64,000 bases of DNA from Macrostomum lignano. Lineage: Eukaryota. The notes beneath the pieces were generated by a model, which was given only the letters and a program-made list of their open reading frames with translations, had not been told where the DNA came from and made no database searches. Made by a program: the position numbers and the translations under genes. Positions 46,901 through 61,100 of this stretch are shown here, piece by piece; position 1 is the stretch's first letter; each line of letters starts with the position of its first letter. The stretch covers positions 434,001 through 498,000 of the forward strand of contig NIVC01000387.1 in the NCBI GenBank assembly GCA_002269645.1, in the 5' to 3' direction.

Positions 46901-49900
46901 CAAAAATGATATTACAGCATGTCAAAAATGATGGTACAGCAAATTCAAAGCAGAAGGATCTGAACACCGACACGTAGACACAAAAGCGGAGTCAATTTTC
47001 ATCGCAGTGTGTCTTCGGCAAATTCCTTCGTCACACATGCAACACTTCCTTGTTGTCGCACTCAAAGCTTCTCGTCCTTTGACTTTTGTCTCGCGCGTGT
47101 TGCACAGCGCTTTCTGCCACCAACTGACACCACAGCCGCCGCTTCGCGTGCCTGTTCCTTCATTTGCTCGTCGTTGAGTCGACAACCTGCGAGCTGGAAC
47201 ATCAGCCTGTGATGATTGGACAGATTTTGAAGAAGAGCGGCCGATTGCGAGCGCTCCTCGATCAGAGGTTGCAGAAGTTGCGCAGCTGCCTTGCGCTGGA
47301 ACTCGTTGCGATAGTTCGGCGAGGGGCAGAGCTCCGGGTGCGCCAGTCTCCAGATAGCAGCGGCATTCACAGCTGCTATGTTGAGTATGCCGCCGGAGAA
47401 GATTGCCTTCTCGCATGATGAGTCGGAATTTCGCTTGCAGTCGGATGTGCGGAAAATCCTGTTACAGGTGTCCGTGCCACTCTTGGTAGAATTGTAGAAC
47501 GTGCCTATTTCTACAGGCTTGCCATTGGGAAGCAATTTTCTGTCGTGATGCATGGTGGACAGCAACATCACGTTTCGGCCCGCCTTGGGGCAGTTGGACA
47601 CACACGTGAGTTCCTCAGAAAACCGGAATTCGCTCGTGTGTGGAGCCATGGTTTTAGTTGTATTCTTGAGATCGGCTGGCAGGCCACCACAAGTGCGCAT
47701 CACTGTTCCAAGAAACGAGAATCCCATTTCTCGGTACAAGTGATTGACCAGCGCAGGACTCGAGAAGAATCTGTCACATGTGATGTTGTACCAGTGTCCT
47801 TTGAATGGATCAGCCAAGCGGCAAACAACTTGCTCATCACTCCACACCTCGGAGCCCTTGGCCAGCCGAGAATCAAATCCCTGTGATGCAAAAGTAGTGG
47901 ACAGCAGTGTCCTTTGCCAGTGCATATTTCCGCATTGAACACATAGCGGATGTCCATGTCATCCTGAATCTCTGGATTCCCAGCCGATGTCAGCAGGAAC
48001 AGCTTGGCACCATTGCGACGGGCTTCTCCTTCAGAAAGACCGTGAAGTCACAATCCACACCCCAGTAGACAACCAGAGTTTCGTCGACGCAGAGGTAGGC
48101 CCGAAAAGGACAGGATGGCTCAGCTGGCTGACAAAGGTGTCGGATGCCGTAGAATTTGTCCGTTGTGGCAGTCCGCTGACGATGTTCGGCAGTTTCGAAT
48201 TTAACATGGTGCTGGACCATTGTATAATATGCAGACATGCCTGGTTTGGTGTCTAGATAGAAAAATCACAATGTGGGGGGTGCCAGCTCGTCGGGGCCGC
48301 AAGGTGGCACTCCGTTGAAGGTCCCGAAGGTCGCCGTATGTCTACAGGTCAGCCTAGAGAGTCGCCATCGTCCATTTCATTCACCGATTATGTCTAATGA
48401 CTGAATGCTGCATGCAGAAGAGGATTATTCCATTTCAGTTTTGGGAACGCAGCCGTCTCTGAGATGCCGATCGGGTGCTTTTGTTGAAGCTTGAAGGTCC
48501 CGACGGTCACCGCCGATGCTCCAGACGGAGATGAAGGGGACCCTGGTGCCTAGGATGCTGAGAACAAAGGCTTCTGCGACAGATGGACCCAGATTACTGA
48601 GCCAATATGGATATACCATAAAGGTTTATACAGTGTAGTGTTGGTTGTCCTTGCCACCAGTGTCTTAGACAAGAATCGTTGAATATCTCGACGATGCTGA
48701 CGTCGGATGACTTTGAAAGTTAGTTCGTCGGAAAGGGCGGAAAATTTTGATCTATATGGTGGACTTTTACGAAAATCGGTAATTCGGTTTGCGAGATATC
48801 GTGAAATGGGTCGTGTGTATTTGTAATACACCCCCGTGGTCTTTCCCCATGGGGAAAAATAGCGTGGTCTTTCTACTGTTAAGGGAAGTCATCCAAGAAC
48901 TGAGCATCGAACACACTACAAAGAGAAGGGAAAATTTAGGTGCCCAAAGCTTGGATTATACAGCATGACAGTTCATACTCTATCAGCCACAACTTTACAT
49001 GCCTCATCTTAACCTGCAGGTGATCGTGTACCCAACTCGCACCAGGATGGAGCGGCGCACCATGGCTCTGTGCCTGCTGGCCATCTGGGGCGCCGCTGGC
49101 ATGATGGCCAGCCCGCTGTTTCTGTTCGCCACCATCGAGCAGAACCGGCTGCAAAATCAAAAGCCGCTGAACATCTGCAGCGAGACAACTTCGCGAATTT
49201 TCATCCGATATGCTAAGCTAGCTTACGGCAGCGGTGTGATGGTGGTGCAGTACCTGGTACCTCTGGGCATTGTGGTGGCTGCCTATGCCAGAATCTGCGT
49301 CCGCCTGCAGCACCGGATGCGCAGCCTGAAGCAGCGGGGCGACCACCGGTCCGCCTACCAGGCCAACCGAGAAGCCGCCGAGGCCGTGCGGCAGCGCCGG
49401 GCCAACCTGCTGCTGGTCACCATCGCGGTGGTGTTCAGCCTGTCCTGGCTGCCCCTGACCATCATCAACATTGTGCACGACGTTCGCGTCCTGAAAGTGA
49501 GTAGAAGACCCTTGATCTTGGCTGACTCGGTTCTGCGACAATTGACAACCACAAATTGACTGCTGACCTTAACCCTAACCTAAATCTAAACCCTAAACCT
49601 AACCTAAACCCGGCCTAAATCCCAACTCTAACCTAAACCCTAACCGTAGACTACGAGTAAATCGGCAGTCAAATGATGGTATCCAGGCTGACTCACTCAT
49701 GGACAACTAAAGTAGATGGGCGGCTACAATACCAAATAATATCAAGTTCACTAAGACAAGAAGCCGGTTTCGATGCAAAATGCATTTGTGAGACTGTGAT
49801 TTCTTAAACTACAGTGAGAACGGAAACTGACAAACAAGCAAATTTTTTTTATTAGAGGCAGGGGGTTGTGTGCACCCTGGCGCACTTTAAGCGACATAGG

Positions 49901-50992
49901 CACACAACCGGCGAGAGGCACTACTGCCCATTCCGCCGACTCTCCTGAGCAGGCATACAAGCGCGCGGATACGTACGCAGGCACACACTCACACAGAAGT
50001 GTACAGCGGCCCTAACTTTATATTATCGTTAGGCATGTACACTTCACTGCGCCTTGGGGGGTTGGCTCTCAAGGCCGTTAATTGCACGAGCAGAGCCAAG
50101 CCGAGATTCAATTCAGCCCCAAATTAATGTGACTGCACTTGGAATCGAGACTGGGTCGCTGGCACACCTGAGCCTGCGCTAGACCGCTGGGCTACGGCCC
50201 CACATGACAAACAAGCAAAAGTTCCACAAGAAAGTTTTACTGTTCGAATCTCTTTAGCGCTTCTTTCCAAGCAGACTTTTACTGGCTGGTTCTGTCTTGG
50301 GTAAAACCCTTCTTGTATTGTTTGAGGAAACATCTTTACGTGTAGTTTTAGAGAAAGCGGAGTTGCCAGACTAAAATAATATTTGGAGATGAAATCTGAA
50401 AGCTTTATATCAGGTTAATACATTTTGCAGTGGACACTGGCCTTCAGTGCACGATCTGCGAGCGAAGCGTCCTTCCTATTTTTCTGTTAAAATCCTGTCA
50501 CTCACTTTCCCGCAGTCTAAAGTCTAACACAGTTTTTATGCGTTTTTAATTTTCGACAAGATCAAGGAACGCAACCAGGTGGCCAGGAGCTCCGATCGTG
50601 ACGATCCGTTCGGCCTTGAGAACGCCGGCTCGAATTTGAACGACAGCACCCTGGTCATTGCGGTGTCGCAGAGCATCCCGCTGCTCCTGGTCCTGGTGTC
50701 GGCCTGCCTCAACCCCGTCTTCTACGGCTGGTTTAACGAGAATTTCCAGAGGGAGTTCCACCGCCTGCTGTGCCTCAACCGGCTGGCCAGGGCTGGCCCC
50801 AAATTTCGCGCCCGGGTTGGCGCCAGCAGTGGCGCCGGTGGCGGGGCCGGCGCCGGGAGCAGAGCCGGAGCCGGCGGCTCAGCTGTCGAGAAGTCGGGAG
50901 ACGGCGGCGAGGCGATCCCGCTGAACGCGCTCGAGTCCGCCAGCAGAGCTGCTGCAGCGTCTCCGGCCGATGCAGAAGACCCGGAGGCCTAG
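40973..50992 (+). CDS. Rhodopsin-class neuropeptide GPCR, NPY/NPF-receptor-like, 488 aa, 4 exons
   Basis: Exons 40973-41008 (MERSSVTTTPET, less certain), 44918-45439, 49020-49496 and 50561-50992; all introns are phase 0. Motifs: GN (TM1), RNLFIFNLALSD (TM2), LCK...IALDRFQVIVYP (TM3, NPF-receptor-like), QYLVP (TM5), FSLSWLP (TM6), NPVFYGWFNENF (TM7). Confidence 0.9.
41617..44802. repeat. 58-bp minisatellite (CAATGATCAGCATAAACAGATTGATGAGCTGTAGGAAACCGAGACTCAATTCCGCTYG), ~55 copies
   Basis: Read directly; GPCR intron 1. Units differ at only about three variable sites. Confidence 0.97.
46120..48878 (-). mobile_element. piggyBac-family DNA transposon, 2759 bp, in GPCR intron 2
   Basis: TTAA TSDs at 46116-46119 and 48879-48882; TIRs CAG(C/T)AGAAAGACCA; internal transposase homology on the minus strand. 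Confidence 0.92.
46970..48238 (-). pseudogene. Frameshifted piggyBac (PGBD-like DDD) transposase
   Basis: Motifs are split over three frames: DKFYGIR, LCVDETLV...KP, YVFNAEICTGK, NITCDRFFSS, VMLLSTMH, FYNSTKSGTDT, ILNIAAVNA, and a C-terminal Cys-rich CCMCDEGICRRH...C. At least two frameshifts are needed to join them. Confidence 0.88.
49565..49645. repeat. Degenerate (CCCTAA)-like interstitial telomeric tract
   Basis: TTAACCCTAACCTAAATCTAAACCCTAAACCTAACC..., just after the GPCR exon 3 donor. Confidence 0.6.
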
Positions 50993-52127
50993 CCTGTTGA
51001 GCCATTCTTCATCTCGTTCGCCATTTTGCTCTGCTGTACTCGAAGTAAAGGAAGCAAACTTTTGAGCTGAATTTTTTAAAGACAACTAATTAATAAGAAC
51101 ATTGCGACCAAAATCCACTCCTCATCGACCACCTGGTTCGCTGCTTGAGGGGCTTGACTACTCGTATCTGGATTCAATGTGAAAGTTGAGACGGACCCTC
51201 TGTCTCGCGAATTCGTATTTTATCGGAATTTTTCCCGCGTCAAATGCACCACAATGTTACGCACAGAGCACGCGTATTATTATTACTGTAGTGTACTTTT
51301 TCCGAAGCAACGTCCTGGCAAGACACATCATTGACTCATACTCCTTAACTCCATCACGATATTTATCTTGACATACTCGATGTCTACCATAAATCTCGCT
51401 TTTAGTGTTGTCATGTCTGTTGGTTAAACTGCTTCATGTGTTCCTCCCCTTGTAATACAGCCACCTTCTTCAGTCCTTTACTGAAAAAAATTACTAATTT
51501 CGTTGTGAACTGTTCTCAACAGAATTTGTTGTGCAATCGGCAGTGGCACTTAACCTACGTTGCACCTGTCTGTAACCTGAAATTAATTTTGTCCCCCGTC
51601 CGTTTCGACTGAGCCCGGGGGCCTCAGCAGGTAGGAAATTCCCTTTTTCATTTTTCCTGCTTTTCCTAACTGACAAGCTTAAAAACTGCGAAAATGGAAA
51701 TGGCGAGAAATTAAGCGGTGTGACTCGAAACAGCATTGATGGTCACAGTTTATCAATTCTCGACCATCAATTTTCAGCAAATGGTTCAAGAGTACATTGC
51801 CTGCGCGCAATACCTTAAAAGATATTTGCGTACGAGCTATCAGGCGTCTCCTGATATGCAACACACTCGCTTACTCAGTATCTGCTCCCTGTTTTATATG
51901 CCCTATACTAATTTTTGCGTACAAGACGCGCGTAAATTTTCATTACATGTATTAAGTTTGTGTTATGCATGCATTGTCATGTCTATGTGCTTGACTTGAG
52001 TGTTTTTAATAAGCCGCGACCTAAAAGAGCAAGAATGAGCGAGTCGCGGCTGCGGGATAAAATATAAAGTGCGGTCATCACTCGCTTCAATTGAGCATTA
52101 GGGACTTCGCCTTTGATGCTGACGATC

Positions 52128-55100
52128 TAGAAGAGTCTATCGAGACTGGAATCATCATAGAAGAGTCTATCGAGACTGGAATCATCATAGAAGAGTCTAT
52201 CGAGACTGAATCATAGTCATAGAAGAGTCTATCGAGACTGGAATCATAGTCATAGAAGAGTCTATCGAGACTGAAATCATCATAGAAGAGTCTATCGAGA
52301 CTGGAATCTTAGTCATAGAAGAGTCTATCGAGACTGAAATCATCATAGAAGAGTCTATCGAGACTGGAATCATAGTCATAGAAGAGTCTATCGAGACTGG
52401 AATCATAGTCATAGAAGAGTCTATCGAGACTGAAATCATAGTCATAGAAGAGTCTATCGAGACTGGAATCATAGTCATAGAAGAGTCTATCGAGACTGGA
52501 ATCATAGTCATAGAAGAGTCTATCGAGACTGGAATCTTAGTCATAGAAGAGTCTATCGAGACTGAAATCATCATAGAAGAGTCTATCGAGACTGAATCAT
52601 AGTCATAGAAGAGTCTATCGAGACTGGAATCATAGTCATAGAAGAGTCTATCGAGACTGGAATCTTAGTCATAGAAGAGTCTATCGAGACTGAAATCATC
52701 ATAGAAGAGTCTATCGAGACTGGAATCATCATAGAAGAGTCTATCGAGACTGAAATCATCATAGAAGAGTCTATCGAGACTGGAATCATAGTCATAGAAG
52801 AGTCTATCGAGACTGGAATCATAGTCATAGAAGAGTCTATCGAGACTGAAATCATCATAGAAGAGTCTATCGAGACTGGAATCATAGTCATAGAAGAGTC
52901 TATCGAGACTGGAATCATAGTCATAGAAGAGTCTATCGAGACTGGAATCATAGTCATAGAAGAGTCTATCGAGACTGGAATCATAGTCATAGAAGAGTCT
53001 ATCGAGACTGGAATCATAGTCATAGAAGAGTCTATCGAGACTGAATCATCATAGAAGAGTCTATCGAGACTGGAATCATAGTCATAGAAGAGTCTATCGA
53101 GACTGAATCATCATAGAAGAGTCTATCGAGACTGGAATCTAGTCATAGAAGAGTCTATCGAGACTGGAATCTAGTCATAGAAGAGTCTATCGAGACTGGA
53201 ATCATCATAGAAGAGTCTATCGAGACTGGAATCTAGTCATAGAAGAGTCTATCGAGACTGGAATCATAGTCATAGAAGAGTCTATCGAGACTGGAATCAT
53301 CATAGAAGAGTCTATCGAGACTGAATCATCATAGAAGAGTCTATCGAGACTGGAATCATAGTCATAGAAGAGTCTATCGAGACTGGAATCATCATAGAAG
53401 AGTCTATCGAGACTGGAATCATAGTCATAGAAGAGTCTATCGAGACTGGAATCATAGTCATAGAAGAGTCTATCGAGACTGGAATCATCATAGAAGAGTC
53501 TATCGAGACTGAATCATCATAGAAGAGTCTATCGAGACTGGAATCATAGTCATAGAAGAGTCTATCGAGACTGGAATCATCATAGAAGAGTCTATCGAGA
53601 CTGGAATCATAGTCATAGAAGAGTCTATCGAGACTGGAATCATAGTCATAGAAGAGTCTATCGAGACTGGAATCATCATAGAAGAGTCTATCGAGACTGG
53701 AATCATAGTCATAGAAGAGTCTATCGAGACTGGAATCATAGTCATAGAAGAGTCTATCGAGACTGGAATCATAGTCATAGAAGAGTCTATCGAGACTGGA
53801 ATCATAGTCATAGAAGAGTCTATCGAGACTGGAATCATAGTCATAGAAGAGTCTATCGAGACTGGAATCATCATAGAAGAGTCTATCGAGACTGGAATCA
53901 TCATAGAAGAGTCTATCGAGACTGGAATCATAGTCATAGAAGAGTCTATCGAGACTGGAATCATAGTCATAGAAGAGTCTATCGAGACTGGAATCAGTCA
54001 TAGAAGAGTCTATCGAGACTGGAATCATCATAGAAGAGTCTATCGAGACTGGAATCATCATAGAAGAGTCTATCGAGACTGGAATCATCATAGAAGAGTC
54101 TATCGAGACTGGAATCATAGTCATAGAAGAGTCTATCGAGACTGGAATCATAGTCATAGAAGAGTCTATCGAGACTGGAATCATAGTCATAGAAGAGTCT
54201 ATCGAGACTGGAATCATAGTCATAGAAGAGTCTATCGAGACTGGAATCATAGTCATAGAAGAGTCTATCGAGACTGGAATCATAGTCATAGAAGAGTCTA
54301 TCGAGACTGGAATCATAGTCATAGAAGAGTCTATCGAGACTGGAATCATAGTCATAGAAGAGTCTATCGAGACTGAATCATCATAGAAGAGTCTATCGAG
54401 ACTGGAATCATAGTCATAGAAGAGTCTATCGAGACTGGAATCAGTCATAGAAGAGTCTATCGAGACTGGAATCATAGTCATAGAAGAGTCTATCGAGACT
54501 GGAATCATAGTCATAGAAGAGTCTATCGAGACTGGAATCAGTCATAGAAGAGTCTATCGAGACTGGAATCATAGTCATAGAAGAGTCTATCGAGACTGGA
54601 ATCATAGTCATAGAAGAGTCTATCGAGACTGAATCATCATAGAAGAGTCTATCGAGACTGGAATCATAGTCATAGAAGAGTCTATCGAGACTGGAATCAT
54701 AGTCATAGAAGAGTCTATCGAGACTGGAATCATCATAGAAGAGTCTATCGAGACTGGAATCATAGTCATAGAAGAGTCTATCGAGACTGGAATCATAGTC
54801 ATAGAAGAGTCTATCGAGACTGGAATCATAGTCATAGAAGAGTCTATCGAGACTGGAATCATAGTCATAGAAGAGTCTATCGAGACTGGAATCATCATAG
54901 AAGAGTCTATCGAGACTGGAATCATCATAGAAGAGTCTATCGAGACTGGAATCATAGTCATAGAAGAGTCTATCGAGACTGGAATCATAGTCATAGAAGA
55001 GTCTATCGAGACTGGAATCATAGTCATAGAAGAGTCTATCGAGACTGGAATCATAGTCATAGAAGAGTCTATCGAGACTGGAATCATCATAGAAGAGTCT

Positions 55101-58100
55101 ATCGAGACTGGAATCATAGTCATAGAAGAGTCTATCGAGACTGGAATCATAGTCATAGAAGAGTCTATCGAGACTGGAATCATAGTCATAGAAGAGTCTA
55201 TCGAGACTGGAATCATAGTCATAGAAGAGTCTATCGAGACTGGAATCATAGTCATAGAAGAGTCTATCGAGACTGGAATCATAGTCATAGAAGAGTCTAT
55301 CGAGACTGGAATCATAGTCATAGAAGAGTCTATCGAGACTGGAATCATCATAGAAGAGTCTATCGAGACTGGAATCAGTCATAGAAGAGTCTATCGAGAC
55401 TGGAATCATAGTCATAGAAGAGTCTATCGAGACTGGAATCATAGTCATAGAAGAGTCTATCGAGACTGGAATCATAGTCATAGAAGAGTCTATCGAGACT
55501 GGAATCATAGTCATAGAAGAGTCTATCGAGACTGGAATCATAGTCATAGAAGAGTCTATCGAGACTGGAATCATAGTCATAGAAGAGTCTATCGAGACTG
55601 GAATCATAGTCATAGAAGAGTCTATCGAGACTGGAATCATAGTCATAGAAGAGTCTATCGAGACTGGAATCATCATAGAAGAGTCTATCGAGACTGGAAT
55701 CATAGTCATAGAAGAGTCTATCGAGACTGGAATCATCATAGAAGAGTCTATCGAGACTGGAATCTTAGTCATAGAAGAGTCTATCGAGACTGGAATCATA
55801 GTCATAGAAGAGTCTATCGAGACTGGAATCATCATAGAAGAGTCTATCGAGACTGGAATCATAGTCATAGAAGAGTCTATCGAGACTGGAATCATAGTCA
55901 TAGAAGAGTCTATCGAGACTGGAATCATCATAGAAGAGTCTATCGAGACTGGAATCATCATAGAAGAGTCTATCGAGACTGGAATCATAGTCATAGAAGA
56001 GTCTATCGAGACTGGAATCATCATAGAAGAGTCTATCGAGACTGGAATCATAGTCATAGAAGAGTCTATCGAGACTGGAATCATAGTCATAGAAGAGTCT
56101 ATCGAGACTGGAATCATCATAGAAGAGTCTATCGAGACTGGAATCATCATAGAAGAGTCTATCGAGACTGGAATCATAGTCATAGAAGAGTCTATCGAGA
56201 CTGGAATCAGTCATAGAAGAGTCTATCGAGACTGGAATCATCATAGAAGAGTCTATCGAGACTGGAATCATAGTCATAGAAGAGTCTATCGAGACTGGAA
56301 TCATAGTCATAGAAGAGTCTATCGAGACTGGAATCATCATAGAAGAGTCTATCGAGACTGGAATCATAGTCATAGAAGAGTCTATCGAGACTGGAATCAT
56401 AGTCATAGAAGAGTCTATCGAGACTGGAATCATAGTCATAGAAGAGTCTATCGAGACTGGAATCATAGTCATAGAAGAGTCTATCGAGACTGGAATCATA
56501 GTCATAGAAGAGTCTATCGAGACTGGAATCATAGTCATAGAAGAGTCTATCGAGACTGGAATCATCATAGAAGAGTCTATCGAGACTGGAATCATAGTCA
56601 TAGAAGAGTCTATCGAGACTGGAATCATAGTCATAGAAGAGTCTATCGAGACTGGAATCATAGTCATAGAAGAGTCTATCGAGACTGGAATCATCATAGA
56701 AGAGTCTATCGAGACTGGAATCATCATAGAAGAGTCTATCGAGACTGGAATCATCATAGAAGAGTCTATCGAGACTGGAATCATAGTCATAGAAGAGTCT
56801 ATCGAGACTGGAATCATCATAGAAGAGTCTATCGAGACTGGAATCATAGTCATAGAAGAGTCTATCGAGACTGGAATCATAGTCATAGAAGAGTCTATCG
56901 AGACTGGAATCATAGTCATAGAAGAGTCTATCGAGACTGGAATCATAGTCATAGAAGAGTCTATCGAGACTGGAATCATAGTCATAGAAGAGTCTATCGA
57001 GACTGGAATCATCATAGAAGAGTCTATCGAGACTGGAATCATAGTCATAGAAGAGTCTATCGAGACTGGAATCATCATAGAAGAGTCTATCGAGACTGGA
57101 ATCATAGTCATAGAAGAGTCTATCGAGACTGGAATCATAGTCATAGAAGAGTCTATCGAGACTGGAATCATAGTCATAGAAGAGTCTATCGAGACTGGAA
57201 TCATAGTCATAGAAGAGTCTATCGAGACTGGAATCATAGTCATAGAAGAGTCTATCGAGACTGGAATCATCATAGAAGAGTCTATCGAGACTGGAATCAT
57301 AGTCATAGAAGAGTCTATCGAGACTGGAATCATAGTCATAGAAGAGTCTATCGAGACTGGAATCATAGTCATAGAAGAGTCTATCGAGACTGGAATCATC
57401 ATAGAAGAGTCTATCGAGACTGGAATCATAGTCATAGAAGAGTCTATCGAGACTGGAATCATAGTCATAGAAGAGTCTATCGAGACTGGAATCATAGTCA
57501 TAGAAGAGTCTATCGAGACTGGAATCATCATAGAAGAGTCTATCGAGACTGGAATCATCATAGAAGAGTCTATCGAGACTGGAATCATAGTCATAGAAGA
57601 GTCTATCGAGACTGGAATCATCATAGAAGAGTCTATCGAGACTGGAATCATAGTCATAGAAGAGTCTATCGAGACTGGAATCATAGTCATAGAAGAGTCT
57701 ATCGAGACTGGAATCATAGTCATAGAAGAGTCTATCGAGACTGGAATCATCATAGAAGAGTCTATCGAGACTGGAATCATAGTCATAGAAGAGTCTATCG
57801 AGACTGGAATCATAGTCATAGAAGAGTCTATCGAGACTGGAATCATCATAGAAGAGTCTATCGAGACTGGAATCATAGTCATAGAAGAGTCTATCGAGAC
57901 TGGAATCATAGTCATAGAAGAGTCTATCGAGACTGGAATCATAGTCATAGAAGAGTCTATCGAGACTGGAATCATAGTCATAGAAGAGTCTATCGAGACT
58001 GGAATCATAGTCATAGAAGAGTCTATCGAGACTGGAATCATAGTCATAGAAGAGTCTATCGAGACTGGAATCATAGTCATAGAAGAGTCTATCGAGACTG

Positions 58101-61100
58101 GAATCATAGTCATAGAAGAGTCTATCGAGACTGGAATCATCATAGAAGAGTCTATCGAGACTGGAATCATAGTCATAGAAGAGTCTATCGAGACTGGAAT
58201 CATAGTCATAGAAGAGTCTATCGAGACTGGAATCATAGTCATAGAAGAGTCTATCGAGACTGGAATCATAGTCATAGAAGAGTCTATCGAGACTGGAATC
58301 ATCATAGAAGAGTCTATCGAGACTGGAATCATAGTCATAGAAGAGTCTATCGAGACTGGAATCATAGTCATAGAAGAGTCTATCGAGACTGGAATCATAG
58401 TCATAGAAGAGTCTATCGAGACTGGAATCATAGTCATAGAAGAGTCTATCGAGACTGGAATCATCATAGAAGAGTCTATCGAGACTGGAATCATAGTCAT
58501 AGAAGAGTCTATCGAGACTGGAATCATAGTCATAGAAGAGTCTATCGAGACTGGAATCATCATAGAAGAGTCTATCGAGACTGGAATCATAGTCATAGAA
58601 GAGTCTATCGAGACTGGAATCATAGTCATAGAAGAGTCTATCGAGACTGGAATCATAGTCATAGAAGAGTCTATCGAGACTGGAATCATAGTCATAGAAG
58701 AGTCTATCGAGACTGGAATCATAGTCATAGAAGAGTCTATCGAGACTGGAATCATCATAGAAGAGTCTATCGAGACTGGAATCATAGTCATAGAAGAGTC
58801 TATCGAGACTGGAATCATAGTCATAGAAGAGTCTATCGAGACTGGAATCATAGTCATAGAAGAGTCTATCGAGACTGGAATCATCATAGAAGAGTCTATC
58901 GAGACTGGAATCATAGTCATAGAAGAGTCTATCGAGACTGGAATCATAGTCATAGAAGAGTCTATCGAGACTGGAATCATAGTCATAGAAGAGTCTATCG
59001 AGACTGGAATCATAGTCATAGAAGAGTCTATCGAGACTGGAATCATAGTCATAGAAGAGTCTATCGAGACTGGAATCATAGTCATAGAAGAGTCTATCGA
59101 GACTGGAATCATAGTCATAGAAGAGTCTATCGAGACTGGAATCATAGTCATAGAAGAGTCTATCGAGACTGGAATCATAGTCATAGAAGAGTCTATCGAG
59201 ACTGGAATCATAGTCATAGAAGAGTCTATCGAGACTGGAATCATAGTCATAGAAGAGTCTATCGAGACTGGAATCATAGTCATAGAAGAGTCTATCGAGA
59301 CTGGAATCATAGTCATAGAAGAGTCTATCGAGACTGGAATCATAGTCATAGAAGAGTCTATCGAGACTGGAATCATAGTCATAGAAGAGTCTATCGAGAC
59401 TGGAATCATAGTCATAGAAGAGTCTATCGAGACTGGAATCATAGTCATAGAAGAGTCTATCGAGACTGGAATCATAGTCATAGAAGAGTCTATCGAGACT
59501 GGAATCATAGTCATAGAAGAGTCTATCGAGACTGGAATCATAGTCATAGAAGAGTCTATCGAGACTGGAATCATAGTCATAGAAGAGTCTATCGAGACTG
59601 GAATCATAGTCATAGAAGAGTCTATCGAGACTGGAATCATAGTCATAGAAGAGTCTATCGAGACTGGAATCATAGTCATAGAAGAGTCTATCGAGACTGG
59701 AATCATCATAGAAGAGTCTATCGAGACTGGAATCATAGTCATAGAAGAGTCTATCGAGACTGGAATCATAGTCATAGAAGAGTCTATCGAGACTGGAATC
59801 ATAGTCATAGAAGAGTCTATCGAGACTGGAATCATAGTCATAGAAGAGTCTATCGAGACTGGAATCATAGTCATAGAAGAGTCTATCGAGACTGGAATCA
59901 TAGTCATAGAAGAGTCTATCGAGACTGGAATCATAGTCATAGAAGAGTCTATCGAGACTGGAATCATAGTCATAGAAGAGTCTATCGAGACTGGAATCAT
60001 AGTCATAGAAGAGTCTATCGAGACTGGAATCATAGTCATAGAAGAGTCTATCGAGACTGGAATCATAGTCATAGAAGAGTCTATCGAGACTGGAATCATA
60101 GTCATAGAAGAGTCTATCGAGACTGGAATCATAGTCATAGAAGAGTCTATCGAGACTGGAATCATAGTCATAGAAGAGTCTATCGAGACTGGAATCATCA
60201 TAGAAGAGTCTATCGAGACTGGAATCATAGTCATAGAAGAGTCTATCGAGACTGGAATCATAGTCATAGAAGAGTCTATCGAGACTGGAATCATAGTCAT
60301 AGAAGAGTCTATCGAGACTGGAATCATAGTCATAGAAGAGTCTATCGAGACTGGAATCATAGTCATAGAAGAGTCTATCGAGACTGGAATCATAGTCATA
60401 GAAGAGTCTATCGAGACTGGAATCATAGTCATAGAAGAGTCTATCGAGACTGGAATCATAGTCATAGAAGAGTCTATCGAGACTGGAATCATAGTCATAG
60501 AAGAGTCTATCGAGACTGGAATCATAGTCATAGAAGAGTCTATCGAGACTGGAATCATAGTCATAGAAGAGTCTATCGAGACTGGAATCATAGTCATAGA
60601 AGAGTCTATCGAGACTGGAATCATAGTCATAGAAGAGTCTATCGAGACTGGAATCATAGTCATAGAAGAGTCTATCGAGACTGGAATCATAGTCATAGAA
60701 GAGTCTATCGAGACTGGAATCATAGTCATAGAAGAGTCTATCGAGACTGGAATCATCATAGAAGAGTCTATCGAGACTGGAATCATAGTCATAGAAGAGT
60801 CTATCGAGACTGGAATCATAGTCATAGAAGAGTCTATCGAGACTGGAATCATAGTCATAGAAGAGTCTATCGAGACTGGAATCATAGTCATAGAAGAGTC
60901 TATCGAGACTGGAATCATAGTCATAGAAGAGTCTATCGAGACTGGAATCATAGTCATAGAAGAGTCTATCGAGACTGGAATCATAGTCATAGAAGAGTCT
61001 ATCGAGACTGGAATCATAGTCATAGAAGAGTCTATCGAGACTGGAATCATAGTCATAGAAGAGTCTATCGAGACTGGAATCATAGTCATAGAAGAGTCTA

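Noticed and set aside
52010-52135. Helitron 3' end (hairpin AGCCGCGAC/GTCGCGGCT plus CTAG) seeding the satellite
   Set aside because: The hairpin is ~80 bp from the CTAG rather than ~10-12 bp, and no 5' TC end or Rep/helicase remnant was seen.
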